DNA of 64,000 bases. Source: an uncultured Pelagibacteraceae bacterium (GTDB taxonomy: Bacteria; Pseudomonadota; Alphaproteobacteria; Pelagibacterales; AG-422-B15). The position numbers and the translations under genes are program-made. Position 1 is the stretch's first letter; each line of letters starts with the position of its first letter. Positions 20,934 to 31,771 of this stretch are shown here, in pieces. The stretch spans positions 59,425 through 123,424 of the forward strand of contig CACMWW010000002.1 in NCBI GenBank assembly GCA_902617525.1, read 5' to 3'. The notes under the pieces were generated by a model that saw only the letters and a list, made by a program, of their open reading frames with translations, was not told the origin of the DNA and did no database searches.

Positions 20934-21866
20934 ATGCATTCAAAAGTTCTAATAATAGGTTCAGGTCCCGCAGGATATACTGCTGCAATATATGCGGCAA
21001 GGGCTATGCTCGAGCCGACTTTAGTTCAAGGTTTGCAGCCAGGTGGGCAACTTACTATAACAACTGATGTTGAAAACTATCCTGGGTACGGGGATGTAAT
21101 ACAAGGTCCATGGTTAATGGAACAAATGCAAGAACAAGCAAAAAATGTTGGAACAAATATTATAAATGACATTATAAAAAGTGTAGACTTTAAATGTAAG
21201 CCATTTAAGGCTATTAGTGAGTCGGGAACTGAGTATACTGCGGACTCAGTGATCATCTCAACAGGAGCTCAAGCAAGATGGCTTGGATTAGACTCTGAAA
21301 AAAAATTTCAAGGATATGGCGTTTCAGCTTGTGCAACTTGTGATGGCTTCTTTTTTAAGGAAAAAAAGGTAGCAGTCATCGGCGGTGGTAATTCAGCTGT
21401 TGAGGAAGCTTTATATTTAACAAATTTTGCATCTAAAGTGTACCTTGTTCATAGGCGTGATGAACTTCGAGCAGAAAAGATTCTTCAAGATAGATTATTT
21501 AAAAATGAAAAAGTTGAATGTGTGTGGGATAGCGAACTAAAAGAAATAGTTGGCGATGAAGATCCTCTAAATGTAAAAAGTATAAAAATTAAAAACACAA
21601 AAACTAACGAAACCAGTAGTATCGAGCTTGACGGTGTATTTGTTGCTATAGGGCATGATCCAGCTACTCAAATTTTTAGGGACCAAGTCGAAATGGATGA
21701 AGATGGATATATAATTACAAAACCTGACTCAACACTTACAAACGTTGAAGGTGTATATGCAGCAGGAGATGTAAAGGATAAAATTTATCGTCAGGCGGTT
21801 ACTGCAGCTGGTATGGGTTGTATGGCAGCGCTTGAGGCAGAAAAATACCTAGCTGAATTATCTTAA
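20934..21866 (+). CDS. trxB: Thioredoxin-disulfide reductase
   Basis: GSGPAG, CATCDG, GGGNSA, YRQAVTAAG. Confidence 0.98.
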   Translation: MHSKVLIIGSGPAGYTAAIYAARAMLEPTLVQGLQPGGQLTITTDVENYPGYGDVIQGPWLMEQMQEQAKNVGTNIINDIIKSVDFKCKPFKAISESGTEYTADSVIISTGAQARWLGLDSEKKFQGYGVSACATCDGFFFKEKKVAVIGGGNSAVEEALYLTNFASKVYLVHRRDELRAEKILQDRLFKNEKVECVWDSELKEIVGDEDPLNVKSIKIKNTKTNETSSIELDGVFVAIGHDPATQIFRDQVEMDEDGYIITKPDSTLTNVEGVYAAGDVKDKIYRQAVTAAGMGCMAALEAEKYLAELS

Positions 21867-23060
21867 TTTATTAAGAAAATCTCTCATTCGAATGCATGCA
21901 TTTTTTAAGTTTTCGTCTGAAGTTGCATAAGAAATTCTAAAATAGCCCTCCAAACCAAAAGCTGAACCTTGAACAACAGCAACTCCTGCATGCTCTAATA
22001 ATGATGTCGTAAATTCTTCATCATTATTAATTTTGTTATTCGACTCATCAACTTTACCAATTACTCCTTTACATGATGGAAAAACATAAAATGCACCTTC
22101 AGGTACTCTACAAGTAATTCCATTCATACTAGTGAATTCATTGATTAGAAAATCACGTCTACCTTTAAATACTTTAGCTCTTTCGGCAATGAATGAATTA
22201 TCTCCATTTAAGGCTTCAACTGCTGCAGCTTGACTGATAGATGTTGGATTGCTTGTTGATTGAGACTGAAGCTTGCCCATGGCTTTAATTAAGCTGGCAT
22301 TTCCTCCCGCATAACCAATTCTCCAGCCTGTCATAGCATACGCCTTACTAACTCCGTTCAATGTTAATATTCTCTCTTTAAGTTCTGGAGCAATGCTTGC
22401 AAAAGTATGAAATTCATTATCATCATATATAAGATGTTCATATAAATCGTCTGTCATTATGTTCACGTGTGGATATTTTTTTAAAATATTTGCAAGTTCT
22501 AAAAGTTCATTCTTTGTATAACAGGAACCAGTAGGATTTGATGGTGAATTAAGAATAAACCATTTGGTTGATTGATTGATTGTGTTTTCAAGTTGTTGTG
22601 GGGTTATTTTAAATCCTGACTCTTCACCACATTGAACAAAAATAGGTTTTCCATTGAAATAATTAACAACGTCAGGGTAAGTTACCCAATAAGGAGCTGG
22701 AATAATTACTTCATCTGAATCATTTAAGGAGACAGCAAATGCATTAAAAATAATTTGCTTTCCTCCTGTACCAACAGAGATTTCATCAAGCTCGTAATCT
22801 AAATTATTTTCTCTTTTAAATTTTGCTTTGATTGCTTTCTTCAGTTCTGGAGTTCCATCAACAGGGGTATATTTTGTATCTCCATCCTTTATCGCTTGAA
22901 TAGCAGCTTTTTTAATATTTTCTGGAGTATCAAAATCAGGTTCACCCGCTCCTAAACCTATGATATCCTTTCCTGCAGCCTTTAATTCACGAGCTTTTTG
23001 GGTCACTGCCATGGTGGCCGATGGCTTAATTCTTTTTATACTGTGTGATAGTTCTACCAC
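21858..23060 (-). CDS. aatA: Aspartate aminotransferase (class I PLP)
   Basis: GEPDF, NSPSNPTG, SKAYAMTGWRIGY. Confidence 0.92.
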   Translation of the reverse strand: MVELSHSIKRIKPSATMAVTQKARELKAAGKDIIGLGAGEPDFDTPENIKKAAIQAIKDGDTKYTPVDGTPELKKAIKAKFKRENNLDYELDEISVGTGGKQIIFNAFAVSLNDSDEVIIPAPYWVTYPDVVNYFNGKPIFVQCGEESGFKITPQQLENTINQSTKWFILNSPSNPTGSCYTKNELLELANILKKYPHVNIMTDDLYEHLIYDDNEFHTFASIAPELKERILTLNGVSKAYAMTGWRIGYAGGNASLIKAMGKLQSQSTSNPTSISQAAAVEALNGDNSFIAERAKVFKGRRDFLINEFTSMNGITCRVPEGAFYVFPSCKGVIGKVDESNNKINNDEEFTTSLLEHAGVAVVQGSAFGLEGYFRISYATSDENLKNACIRMRDFLNKLR

Positions 23061-23151
23061 TGCTTATCCCCAGAATTTGTTATTTATACAATCAGCTATT
23101 ATATTAAATTAGATTAATACACAATTTATATTCTAACTAATTAATAAATTA

Positions 23152-25206
23152 ATGCCAAATTCTGAAGTTCTTAAAGTTACATCTGAATACAAACCTGCTG
23201 GAGATCAGCCTCAAGCAATTGAAGAGATTGTTAAAAGCATTAAAGGCAATGAGATGGAACAAGTTTTGCTTGGAGTAACTGGATCAGGCAAAACTTTCAC
23301 GATGGCTAAAATTATAGAAAAACTTCAAAGGCCAACTCTAATACTTGCTCCAAATAAAACTTTAGCTGCACAATTATATGGTGAAATGAAGTCATTCTTT
23401 CCAGACAATGCTGTTGAATATTTTGTATCTTATTATGACTATTATATACCTGAAGCATACGTACCGAGGTCAAATACTTACATAGAAAAAGAAGCATCGA
23501 TAAATGAACAAATCGATCGAATGAGACACTCAGCAACTCAATCCTTACTTGAGAGAAAAGATGTTGTAATTGTTGCAAGTGTTTCATGTATTTATGGAAT
23601 AGGTTCTGTTGAAACGTATAGATCAATGACTATTCGATTAGAAAAAAATCAAAAGATTGGACGAAATGAAATTATTCAAAAACTCATCACGCTTCAATAT
23701 AACCGAAACGACACAGATTTTCATAGAGGCACATTTAGAGTGCGTGGAGACTTGATTGAGGTTTTTCCATCCCATTACGAAGATCGCGCGTGGAAATTAT
23801 CATTATTCGGAGATGATCTCGAGTCGATAAGCGAATTTGATCCATTGACTGGAAAAAAGACAGCTGAGTTAGAAACTATAAAAATTTATGCAAACAGTCA
23901 CTACGTCACTCCAAGGCCAACACTTGATACTGCCATAAAACAAATACGAAAAGATTTAGAAGTAAGGATTCCTGAATTTAAAAAAGAAAATAAATTAATA
24001 GAGGCTCAGCGAATAGAAGAAAGAACAAGGTTTGATTTAGAAATGATTGAAGCAACGGGTAGTTGTCCAGGTATTGAGAATTATTCAAGATATCTCTCTG
24101 GAAGAAATCCAGGCGAACCGCCTCCAACACTTTTTGAATACTTGCCTGACAATGCACTCCTTTTTGTTGATGAAAGTCATGTCACAGTACCTCAATTAGA
24201 AGGCATGTATAAAGGTGACCGAAGCAGAAAAACAACACTGTCAGAATATGGCTTTAGATTACCATCTTGCTTAGATAACAGACCATTGAAGTTTGAGGAA
24301 TGGGAAATGATGCGCCCTCAAAGTTTATTCATTTCTGCTACTCCAGGACCATGGGAAATGCAAAAAACTCAAGGGGTATTTACTGAACAAATAATAAGGC
24401 CAACAGGGTTGATTGATCCAGAGGTTGAAATAAGGCCTGCGAAAACTCAAGTAGAAGATTTAATATCAGAATGTAAAAAAATTATTGATCTTAAATACCG
24501 AGTATTAGTGACAACACTTACTAAACGCATGGCTGAGGACTTGTCAGAATATATGCATGAAAACGGAATAAAAGTAAAATATATGCATTCAGATATTGAT
24601 ACATTAGAAAGGATTGAAATCATCCGTGACCTAAGAAAGGGACTATTTGACGTCTTAGTGGGTATCAATTTACTTAGAGAAGGTTTGGATATACCTGAAT
24701 GTGCTTTAGTCGCAATATTAGATGCTGATAAAGAAGGCTTCTTAAGATCGGAGAGATCATTGGTACAGACAATCGGTAGAGCGGCACGGAATGTAGATGG
24801 AAGAGTAATACTGTATGCTGATAAAGAAACAGAAAGTATAAAAAAAGCAATAAGTGAGACTGACAGAAGAAGAGATATACAAAAGCAATACAACAAAGAA
24901 AATAATATTACACCTGAAACTATAAAGAGGGATATTAGTGATATTCTTGAAAGTATTTATGAAAATGATCGTGTAAACGTTGATTTGAAGAGTACAGAAA
25001 AACATCTCGTCGGAAATAATCTAAAAAAACATCTTGAGGAACTTAAGAAAAATATGACAGATTTTGCTGATGATCTCAATTTTGAAGAAGCTGCTAAGTT
25101 AAGAGATGAGATAAAAAGGCTTGAGAATAATGAATTAGAGTTACCATCTAACAGCAATATAGTTTATAAAAAAAATAAAAGGAAAAAAAGAAAGTACTTT
25201 ACTTAA
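23152..25206 (+). CDS. uvrB: Excinuclease ABC subunit B
   Basis: [31 protein letters not shown]. Confidence 0.99.
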   Translation: MPNSEVLKVTSEYKPAGDQPQAIEEIVKSIKGNEMEQVLLGVTGSGKTFTMAKIIEKLQRPTLILAPNKTLAAQLYGEMKSFFPDNAVEYFVSYYDYYIPEAYVPRSNTYIEKEASINEQIDRMRHSATQSLLERKDVVIVASVSCIYGIGSVETYRSMTIRLEKNQKIGRNEIIQKLITLQYNRNDTDFHRGTFRVRGDLIEVFPSHYEDRAWKLSLFGDDLESISEFDPLTGKKTAELETIKIYANSHYVTPRPTLDTAIKQIRKDLEVRIPEFKKENKLIEAQRIEERTRFDLEMIEATGSCPGIENYSRYLSGRNPGEPPPTLFEYLPDNALLFVDESHVTVPQLEGMYKGDRSRKTTLSEYGFRLPSCLDNRPLKFEEWEMMRPQSLFISATPGPWEMQKTQGVFTEQIIRPTGLIDPEVEIRPAKTQVEDLISECKKIIDLKYRVLVTTLTKRMAEDLSEYMHENGIKVKYMHSDIDTLERIEIIRDLRKGLFDVLVGINLLREGLDIPECALVAILDADKEGFLRSERSLVQTIGRAARNVDGRVILYADKETESIKKAISETDRRRDIQKQYNKENNITPETIKRDISDILESIYENDRVNVDLKSTEKHLVGNNLKKHLEELKKNMTDFADDLNFEEAAKLRDEIKRLENNELELPSNSNIVYKKNKRKKRKYFT

Positions 25207-26141
25207 TGTTTATAGATTTCTGCATACTGTTAATAGGATTATCTCTTCTTTTATACAGTGCAGATAAAATGATTGAGTCGGCTGACGCAATTGCTAAAAA
25301 GTTCAATTTATCCCCAGTATTAATAGGTTTAACAATTGTAGCGTTTGGTACATCAGCACCTGAATTAGTTATAACTCTATTTGCTGCAACAAAGATTGTT
25401 CCAGCTACTGATGCCATTACCGGAAATATTATAGGATCTAATATTGCAAATATTTTACTAATTTTAGGAACTTCAGCATTTTTTTTCAAAATTAATCTAG
25501 ATAAATTAGGCACCAAGGATATTATTTTTTTACTTCTAATATCTTTATACTTCGCGCTCTTATTTTATATTAGCCAAACAGTCTCTCTCATTCACACAAT
25601 CGGCTATTTAGTTTTAACTTTGTTCTTTATCAATTTTCTTCGTAATTATAAATCCTCAGATCAAAATGAAGAACAAAAAATTTTTGGAAGATACACTTAT
25701 TTAATTTTACTAAGTGCCTTCATAGGCATTTTTATCGGTGGGAAAATTTTTTTAGACAGCTCACTGAATATTTTTCAAACGTTAGGAGTTAACGAGGTAC
25801 TAATAGGTATTTTTGTTCTGGCCATTGGTACATCCTTGCCTGAATTGATAACTGTTATTATTTCTTACTTAAAAAAGAAGGGCTCTATAGGTATTGGTAA
25901 TGTTATTGGCAGTAACATTATGAACATACTGTTTGTTTTCCTACCAGGGGTTATAATTGTTCAACTTAGAGGGCTTGAATATTCTCTAAAAAATATAGAT
26001 GTATTTCATATATATATTTTAATATTAGTAACTTTGATGATAGCTATTATGGCAATTTTAAGAATTCAAATGAGAAAAATACATTCTGCTTTTTTCTTGA
26101 TTAGTTACTTTTTATATCTTGGGTATTCTTTTATATTATGA
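25206..26141 (+). CDS. Ca2+/Na+ antiporter (YrbG family)
   Basis: Two alpha-repeats GTSAPE / GTSLPE, GNIIGSN / GNVIGSN. Confidence 0.92.
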   Translation: MFIDFCILLIGLSLLLYSADKMIESADAIAKKFNLSPVLIGLTIVAFGTSAPELVITLFAATKIVPATDAITGNIIGSNIANILLILGTSAFFFKINLDKLGTKDIIFLLLISLYFALLFYISQTVSLIHTIGYLVLTLFFINFLRNYKSSDQNEEQKIFGRYTYLILLSAFIGIFIGGKIFLDSSLNIFQTLGVNEVLIGIFVLAIGTSLPELITVIISYLKKKGSIGIGNVIGSNIMNILFVFLPGVIIVQLRGLEYSLKNIDVFHIYILILVTLMIAIMAILRIQMRKIHSAFFLISYFLYLGYSFIL

Positions 26142-26860
26142 AAAAAACAATATTAATTACAGGCGGTTCCCAAAGAATTGGTAGATCAATTGCACTATTT
26201 CTTAGAGATTCTCATTATAATTTTATAATACACTATAATAAGTCATCAAAAGCAGCCAGAGAATTGAAAAATATTATTAATAGTAACGGGCGCGATTGTG
26301 AAATAGTGAAAACTGATTTGTCTAAAATATCTGATGTTAAAAATATAATTAAAAGAAGTAAAAAATTTTTTGGACCAATACATGCAATTGTTAATAACGC
26401 CTCCTTGTTCATCAATGATAATATTGAAAATTTAAATGATAAACTTTGGTATGATCATATGAATATAAACTTATACGCCCCTCTAATAATATCTAAAGAA
26501 TTTAATAAACAACTTCCAAAAAAGAGCTTAGGGCATATCATAAATATATTGGATCAAAATGTAGTTAACCCAGATACATCGTTTTTTTCCTACTCCATTT
26601 CAAAATCTGCTTTACTATCTGCAACTACAATCATGGCAAAATCATTTGCTCCTAACATTAGGGTTAATGCGATTGGCCCAGGCCCGACACTTAAAAATAT
26701 TCATCAATCAAAAAAACATTTTGATAAATCGATCAAAAATACTTTACTTAAAATAGGTTCACCACCAGAGGAGATTGCCAGAGCAGTTAAATTTCTTCTT
26801 GAATCAAAATCAATTACAGGTCAATTTATAGCTGTAGATGGTGGGGAACATTTATCATGA
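26138..26860 (+). CDS. Short-chain dehydrogenase, pteridine reductase/FolM-like
   Basis: TGGSQRIG (PTR-type TGxxxRIG), NNAS, YxxxK; adjacent to folB. Confidence 0.82.
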   Translation: MKKTILITGGSQRIGRSIALFLRDSHYNFIIHYNKSSKAARELKNIINSNGRDCEIVKTDLSKISDVKNIIKRSKKFFGPIHAIVNNASLFINDNIENLNDKLWYDHMNINLYAPLIISKEFNKQLPKKSLGHIINILDQNVVNPDTSFFSYSISKSALLSATTIMAKSFAPNIRVNAIGPGPTLKNIHQSKKHFDKSIKNTLLKIGSPPEEIARAVKFLLESKSITGQFIAVDGGEHLS

Positions 26861-27285
26861 CAGCAAGGAATATTCTTAAATTAAGTGAATTAAGGTCAGA
26901 AACAGATTTGATCAATCCAAATTCTGGTTACGATTTAATCTTTTTAAATGATTTTATGATCGATGCAAATATTGGGGTATACAAACACGAGAAAATAAAG
27001 AGCCAACCACTCCGCATAAACATAATTGCTAAAGTTAAAAATCCAAAAAAAATAAATGATGATAAATTGTACAGTGTTGTTTGTTATAATCAGATTTCAA
27101 AAAAAATTAAAAAAATTATTAAATCTGGTCATACAATTTTACTAGAAAAACTTGCTGAAAAAATATTTCAGGAGTGTTTTAAAAACAAAAGAATTCAAAC
27201 TATGAAGATAAGACTTGAAAAACTTGATGCAATTCAAGAAGCTGAAAGCGCAGGCATCGAAGTTGAACGCTCTCGTTCAGAATAA
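26857..27285 (+). CDS. folB: Dihydroneopterin aldolase
   Basis: IGVYKHE...Q, V.Y, LLEKLAE, EKL motifs. Confidence 0.88.
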   Translation: MTARNILKLSELRSETDLINPNSGYDLIFLNDFMIDANIGVYKHEKIKSQPLRINIIAKVKNPKKINDDKLYSVVCYNQISKKIKKIIKSGHTILLEKLAEKIFQECFKNKRIQTMKIRLEKLDAIQEAESAGIEVERSRSE

Positions 27286-29117
27286 TGAATAATCTTGAGA
27301 ATATTAAAGAAATAGTTGACCAATCCCCCACTTCTTCCGGTATTTATAAAATGCTTAATGAAAAAGAAGAGATTATGTATATTGGCAAAGCAAAAAATCT
27401 CCAAAATAGACTTAAAAGCTATCTAAACACTAACAATCTCTCAAATCGAATCAGAAGGATGGTTAGTAGAATATCAAATATTGAAGTAATTATTACTGAG
27501 ACAGAAAAAGAAGCTTTGTTGCTTGAGGCAAATTTAATAAAAAAACTTAAACCTCCTTTTAATATACTTTTACGAGATGATAAATCATTTCCTTATATTT
27601 TTATTAATCATGAACAAGAATTTCCACAAATTTCAAAACATAGAGGAAAACAAAAATATAAGGGAAAATACTTTGGTCCGTTCGCAACAATTAATTCACT
27701 AAATTATACTTTGAAAATATTACAGAAAGTTTTTCTACTAAGGTCGTGCGATGATACTATTTTTCAAAATAGATCTAAACCATGTCTTCTTTATCAAATT
27801 GAAAGGTGCAGTGGTCCCTGTGTTGATTATACATTAAGTAAAAAAGAGTATTTACAAAGTGTTAAGAATGCTGAGCACTTTCTTTCAGGTCAACATAGCA
27901 ATTTACAAGAGCAGTTATCTTCTAAAATGGATGAAGAAAGTAAAAGTCTTAATTATGAAAAAGCAGCTAGCTATAGAGATAAGATAGTTGCACTAACCCA
28001 GATTCAAAGTCAGCAAAACATAAATCTTTACGATATAAAAAATACTGACGTGATTTCAATTTCAAGAAAAGGAAATAAATCATGTGTTCAAGTATTTATT
28101 TATAGGTCAGGTCAAAATTGGGGAAATAGATCTTATTTTCCAAAACATAGCGATGAAGTAGAAACTTATGAGATCCTAGAGCGTTTTATTGTTGATTTTT
28201 ATACAAGATATTCCCCTCCAAAAAATGTATTGTTAAACTTACCTATAAAGAATTCATCTCTTATCGAAACATCTCTTAAATCCATTTATAATTACAAGAC
28301 ATCTTTTTTTGTCCCTAAAAAAGGAAAAAAATTAGATATAGTGAATTATGCGTGTAGAAACTCAGAACTAGCACTTAAAAATCACATTGCACAGTCTCAC
28401 TCTGACAAAGAGAATCTGAGCCAACTTTCAAAAGTACTCAATATGACTAAAAAAATAAAAAGAGTTGAAGCCTATGACAACAGTCATCTATCGGGCAAAA
28501 ATGCAGTTGGTGCAATGATTGTTTACTCTGAAGAAGGGTTTGAAAAAAAATCATACAGAAAATTTAATATAGACTCATCAAAAGTAAAACTTGGTGATGA
28601 TTACGGAATGATGAGACACGTCCTTGAAAGAAGATTTTCAAAAGAAGCAATCAAAAATTCTAAGAAATATGAAAAATTGCCTGATTTATTGGTTATTGAT
28701 GGAGGTAAAGGCCACTACGATTTAGCTAAAGAAATCTTAGAAACTAAAGGTTTAAATGAAACGGAACTAATATCAATATTTAAGGGTGAGGGAAGAAAAG
28801 AGTCATTAGATCAAATAATATATAAAAATAAAAAAAACTTTATCGACAAAAATACTCCCTCCTTTTTCTTTATTCAGAGAATTAGAGATGAGTCACATCG
28901 CTACGCAATAGGGGCACATAAAGCAAAAAGAAAGAGGGAAATGCATGCCTCAGAACTAGAACCGATAGAAGGTTTAGGACGAAGCAGAAGAAAATTACTT
29001 TTGAATCATTTTGGATCAGTTAAAAATATTAAAAATGCCTCAGCTCAGGATATAATGAAAGTAAGAGGAATTAGTAAGTTGCTTTCAGAAAAAATATATG
29101 CATATTTTAATGGATAA
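27285..29117 (+). CDS. uvrC: Excinuclease ABC subunit C
   Basis: GIY-YIG, four-Cys cluster, DNSH, DGGKG, RDESH, HhH. Confidence 0.98.
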   Translation: MNNLENIKEIVDQSPTSSGIYKMLNEKEEIMYIGKAKNLQNRLKSYLNTNNLSNRIRRMVSRISNIEVIITETEKEALLLEANLIKKLKPPFNILLRDDKSFPYIFINHEQEFPQISKHRGKQKYKGKYFGPFATINSLNYTLKILQKVFLLRSCDDTIFQNRSKPCLLYQIERCSGPCVDYTLSKKEYLQSVKNAEHFLSGQHSNLQEQLSSKMDEESKSLNYEKAASYRDKIVALTQIQSQQNINLYDIKNTDVISISRKGNKSCVQVFIYRSGQNWGNRSYFPKHSDEVETYEILERFIVDFYTRYSPPKNVLLNLPIKNSSLIETSLKSIYNYKTSFFVPKKGKKLDIVNYACRNSELALKNHIAQSHSDKENLSQLSKVLNMTKKIKRVEAYDNSHLSGKNAVGAMIVYSEEGFEKKSYRKFNIDSSKVKLGDDYGMMRHVLERRFSKEAIKNSKKYEKLPDLLVIDGGKGHYDLAKEILETKGLNETELISIFKGEGRKESLDQIIYKNKKNFIDKNTPSFFFIQRIRDESHRYAIGAHKAKRKREMHASELEPIEGLGRSRRKLLLNHFGSVKNIKNASAQDIMKVRGISKLLSEKIYAYFNG

Positions 29118-29659
29118 TGTCTAAATTACCAAATTTTCTCACTCTACTTAGAATTTTTTTATTACCATTATTATTATATTTAATCATAGATAGTAATAGC
29201 TCATTTAATTTGGCAATTCTTATTTTGTTTATTGTTATTGCATTGTCAGATTATTTTGATGGGGTAATTGCAAGAAAAACGAATAGTACATCTGAATTTG
29301 GTAAAATGTTAGATCCTATTGCAGATAAGCTATTTGTCGTACTGTTAATAATTACATTTATCTATAATGACTATATTAATGAGATAAATTTAATTCCAGC
29401 CTACTTAATAATATTTAGAGAAATTTTTATCTCTGGTCTAAGAGAATATGCATCTAATTTACCAGAAGTAAAAAAAATAGATGTTTCTATACTAGGAAAA
29501 TATAAAACTGCTTTTCAAATTTTGAGTTTATTTATGATCTTATTAGGAAGCATCTACATAGATTTGAAGCCTATATTAAACATAGGTATTTATCTGTTCT
29601 GGCTGTCAACAATAATTACGCTGATCAGCGCGTATCAATATTACAAAAGTATATTTTAA
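29117..29659 (+). CDS. pgsA: CDP-diacylglycerol--glycerol-3-phosphate 3-phosphatidyltransferase
   Basis: DYFDGVIAR...GKMLDPIADK; follows uvrC. Confidence 0.95.
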   Translation: MSKLPNFLTLLRIFLLPLLLYLIIDSNSSFNLAILILFIVIALSDYFDGVIARKTNSTSEFGKMLDPIADKLFVVLLIITFIYNDYINEINLIPAYLIIFREIFISGLREYASNLPEVKKIDVSILGKYKTAFQILSLFMILLGSIYIDLKPILNIGIYLFWLSTIITLISAYQYYKSIF

Positions 29660-29660
29660 G

Positions 29661-30542
29661 TTAAGATCTCACGATTTCGTGATAATCCTGCATAAACTTA
29701 AAATTTTGGGTATTGTCTCCAGTATTGAATTTAATATCGTCAATAGACTGAATAGGAGTAATCTCTGCCGCGGTGCCTGTTAGAAAGGCCTCATCAAAAT
29801 TACTAATTTCCTCAGGCTTTATATGACGCTCCGTAATATTAAAGCCTTGCTCTGTGACCATTTCAATAACAGTTTGCCTAGTTATACCATTTAGAAAACA
29901 ATCAGGAATTGGGGTATGAATTTCTTTTCCTTTAATAAAGAAAATATTAGCTCCAGTACCTTCAGCAACATAACCTCTATAGTCCAACATCAAGGCATCA
30001 TGGTAACCTTTTTGTTCCGCAAATTCTTTTGACATTGTACAAATAACGTAAGGGCCAGATGCTTTTGCTTCGCAAGGCGCTGTATCAGGTGATGGTCGCT
30101 TCCAGGGTGAGGTTATTAATCGAAGGCCGGCTTTTCGATCTTCGATTTTAAAATAAGATGCCCAATCATTCCATACCGCAATTGCAACATTTATATCAGA
30201 CTTAGCAGTTGAGATTCCCATTTGCTGAGACCCCCTCCATGCAATTGGCCTTACATAACAATCTTCAAAATTCATTTTTTTAATAAGTTCATCTTTGGCC
30301 TCATTGATTTGAGACTGACTATAAGGAATTTTTATGCCTACAATTTCCGCTGATCTAAACAACCTTTTTGTGTGTTCTTCAGATTTAAAAATCTTACCTT
30401 TATAAGCTCTTTCCCCTTCAAACACAGCGCTAGCATAGTGAAGACCTTGAGTAATAACATGACATTTCGCATCATTCCACTTGATGAACTCTCCATTCAT
30501 CCAAATAAAACCCTCTCGATTATCAAATGGTGCTATTTCCAT
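29661..30542 (-). CDS. ilvE: Branched-chain amino acid aminotransferase
   Basis: LHYASAVFEGERAY, KASGPY, EGTGANIF, GITR, GTAAE. Confidence 0.96.
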   Translation of the reverse strand: MEIAPFDNREGFIWMNGEFIKWNDAKCHVITQGLHYASAVFEGERAYKGKIFKSEEHTKRLFRSAEIVGIKIPYSQSQINEAKDELIKKMNFEDCYVRPIAWRGSQQMGISTAKSDINVAIAVWNDWASYFKIEDRKAGLRLITSPWKRPSPDTAPCEAKASGPYVICTMSKEFAEQKGYHDALMLDYRGYVAEGTGANIFFIKGKEIHTPIPDCFLNGITRQTVIEMVTEQGFNITERHIKPEEISNFDEAFLTGTAAEITPIQSIDDIKFNTGDNTQNFKFMQDYHEIVRS

Positions 30543-30587
30543 GTAAATTATTTTAATAAATTAGAAGTGTCATAACAGAAAAATGGC

Positions 30588-30635
30588 TTGATTAATATAT
30601 AATTTTCAGATTATTATGTCATAGTGACTGACTTA
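30588..30635 (+). promoter_or_regulatory. Putative leaderless promoter and palindromic operator of the MarR gene
   Basis: TTGATT-N18-TATTAT ending 6 nt before GTG start; TATGTCA-N7-TGACTTA near-palindrome across the start codon. Confidence 0.45.
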
Positions 30636-31094
30636 AATACAATATCAAATAAATCTGCATCTTTACTTTATTTGCGTGAAGACAGAATTAAAAATTCATT
30701 AAATAGTTTTTTTGAAGTTGCAAAAATTATGGAAAAAGAGATTTTATTAAATCTAGACGATAAAAAATTGGGCATAGCAGATATTAGATGTCTTTTGATA
30801 ATAAATATTAAGCCCGGAATTACATTTAATGAACTACTTAAGAAACTGGATATAAGAAAACAAAGCCTTAACCGTGTGTTGAGAGTGCTAATCAAAGAAA
30901 ACTTAATTATTCAAAAAATAAATAATGATGACGCAAGAAAAAAAAATTTATTTATGACAGATAATGCTAATAAGGCTTTAAACGAAGCAATAAAACCTAT
31001 AATAAATTCGCTTTCAAAAGCCTATGTAAAGTCTGGAGCTGGTTCAGTGCAAGGATTTAATCAAGTTATTAATTCATTTATAGAGGATAGTTGA
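30624..31094 (+). CDS. MarR family regulator (PetP-like)
   Basis: LLYLRED N-terminus, PGIT..ELL..L.I.KQSLNRVL, DARK; divergent from ilvE. Confidence 0.85.
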   Translation: MTDLNTISNKSASLLYLREDRIKNSLNSFFEVAKIMEKEILLNLDDKKLGIADIRCLLIINIKPGITFNELLKKLDIRKQSLNRVLRVLIKENLIIQKINNDDARKKNLFMTDNANKALNEAIKPIINSLSKAYVKSGAGSVQGFNQVINSFIEDS

Positions 31095-31771
31095 TGAGTG
31101 AAAATACTCTACATATTCTTTTAGTTGATGATGATGACAAGATTAGGGAGTTATTAAAGACATTCTTAGTTGACAATAAGTACCTTGTATCAACAGCAAG
31201 TAATGCCGCTGAAGCAAAAGAAATACTAGAATATATTACATTTGATTTACTTGTTATTGATATAATGATGCCGGGACAAAATGGTTATGAATTAACTAAA
31301 GAAATTCGTGAAAAATCCCTAATTCCTATAATACACCTAACTGCAATGGGAGAAACTGAAGACAGAGTCCATGGTTTAGAAATTGGAGCCGATGATTATC
31401 TGGGAAAACCTTTTGAACCAAAAGAATTACTTTTACGTATAAATAATATTTTAAATAAAACATCTATTAAAAAAGAAACTAAACAAATTCAACTTGATAA
31501 TATTATTGTTGATTTGAAAAGTGGTGTGATAAAAGGAAAATCAACTGAACAATCTCTTAATGACAATGAATTAAAAATATTGCGAATATTATCAAAATTT
31601 CCTGGTAAGTCATTTTCAAGAGAGGAACTAATTACATCACTTAATTTTAATCAAGAAAGAACATTGGACGTATGCATAAATAGACTTAGAAAAAAAATTG
31701 AAAAAAACCCTAAAATTCCCAAATTTCTTAAAACTAAAAGAGGTTCTGGTTATGAGTTATGGATTGACTAA
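31091..31771 (+). CDS. OmpR family response regulator (PetR-like)
   Basis: VDDD, DIMMP, GADDYLGKPF, winged helix. Confidence 0.93.
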   Translation: MMSENTLHILLVDDDDKIRELLKTFLVDNKYLVSTASNAAEAKEILEYITFDLLVIDIMMPGQNGYELTKEIREKSLIPIIHLTAMGETEDRVHGLEIGADDYLGKPFEPKELLLRINNILNKTSIKKETKQIQLDNIIVDLKSGVIKGKSTEQSLNDNELKILRILSKFPGKSFSREELITSLNFNQERTLDVCINRLRKKIEKNPKIPKFLKTKRGSGYELWID

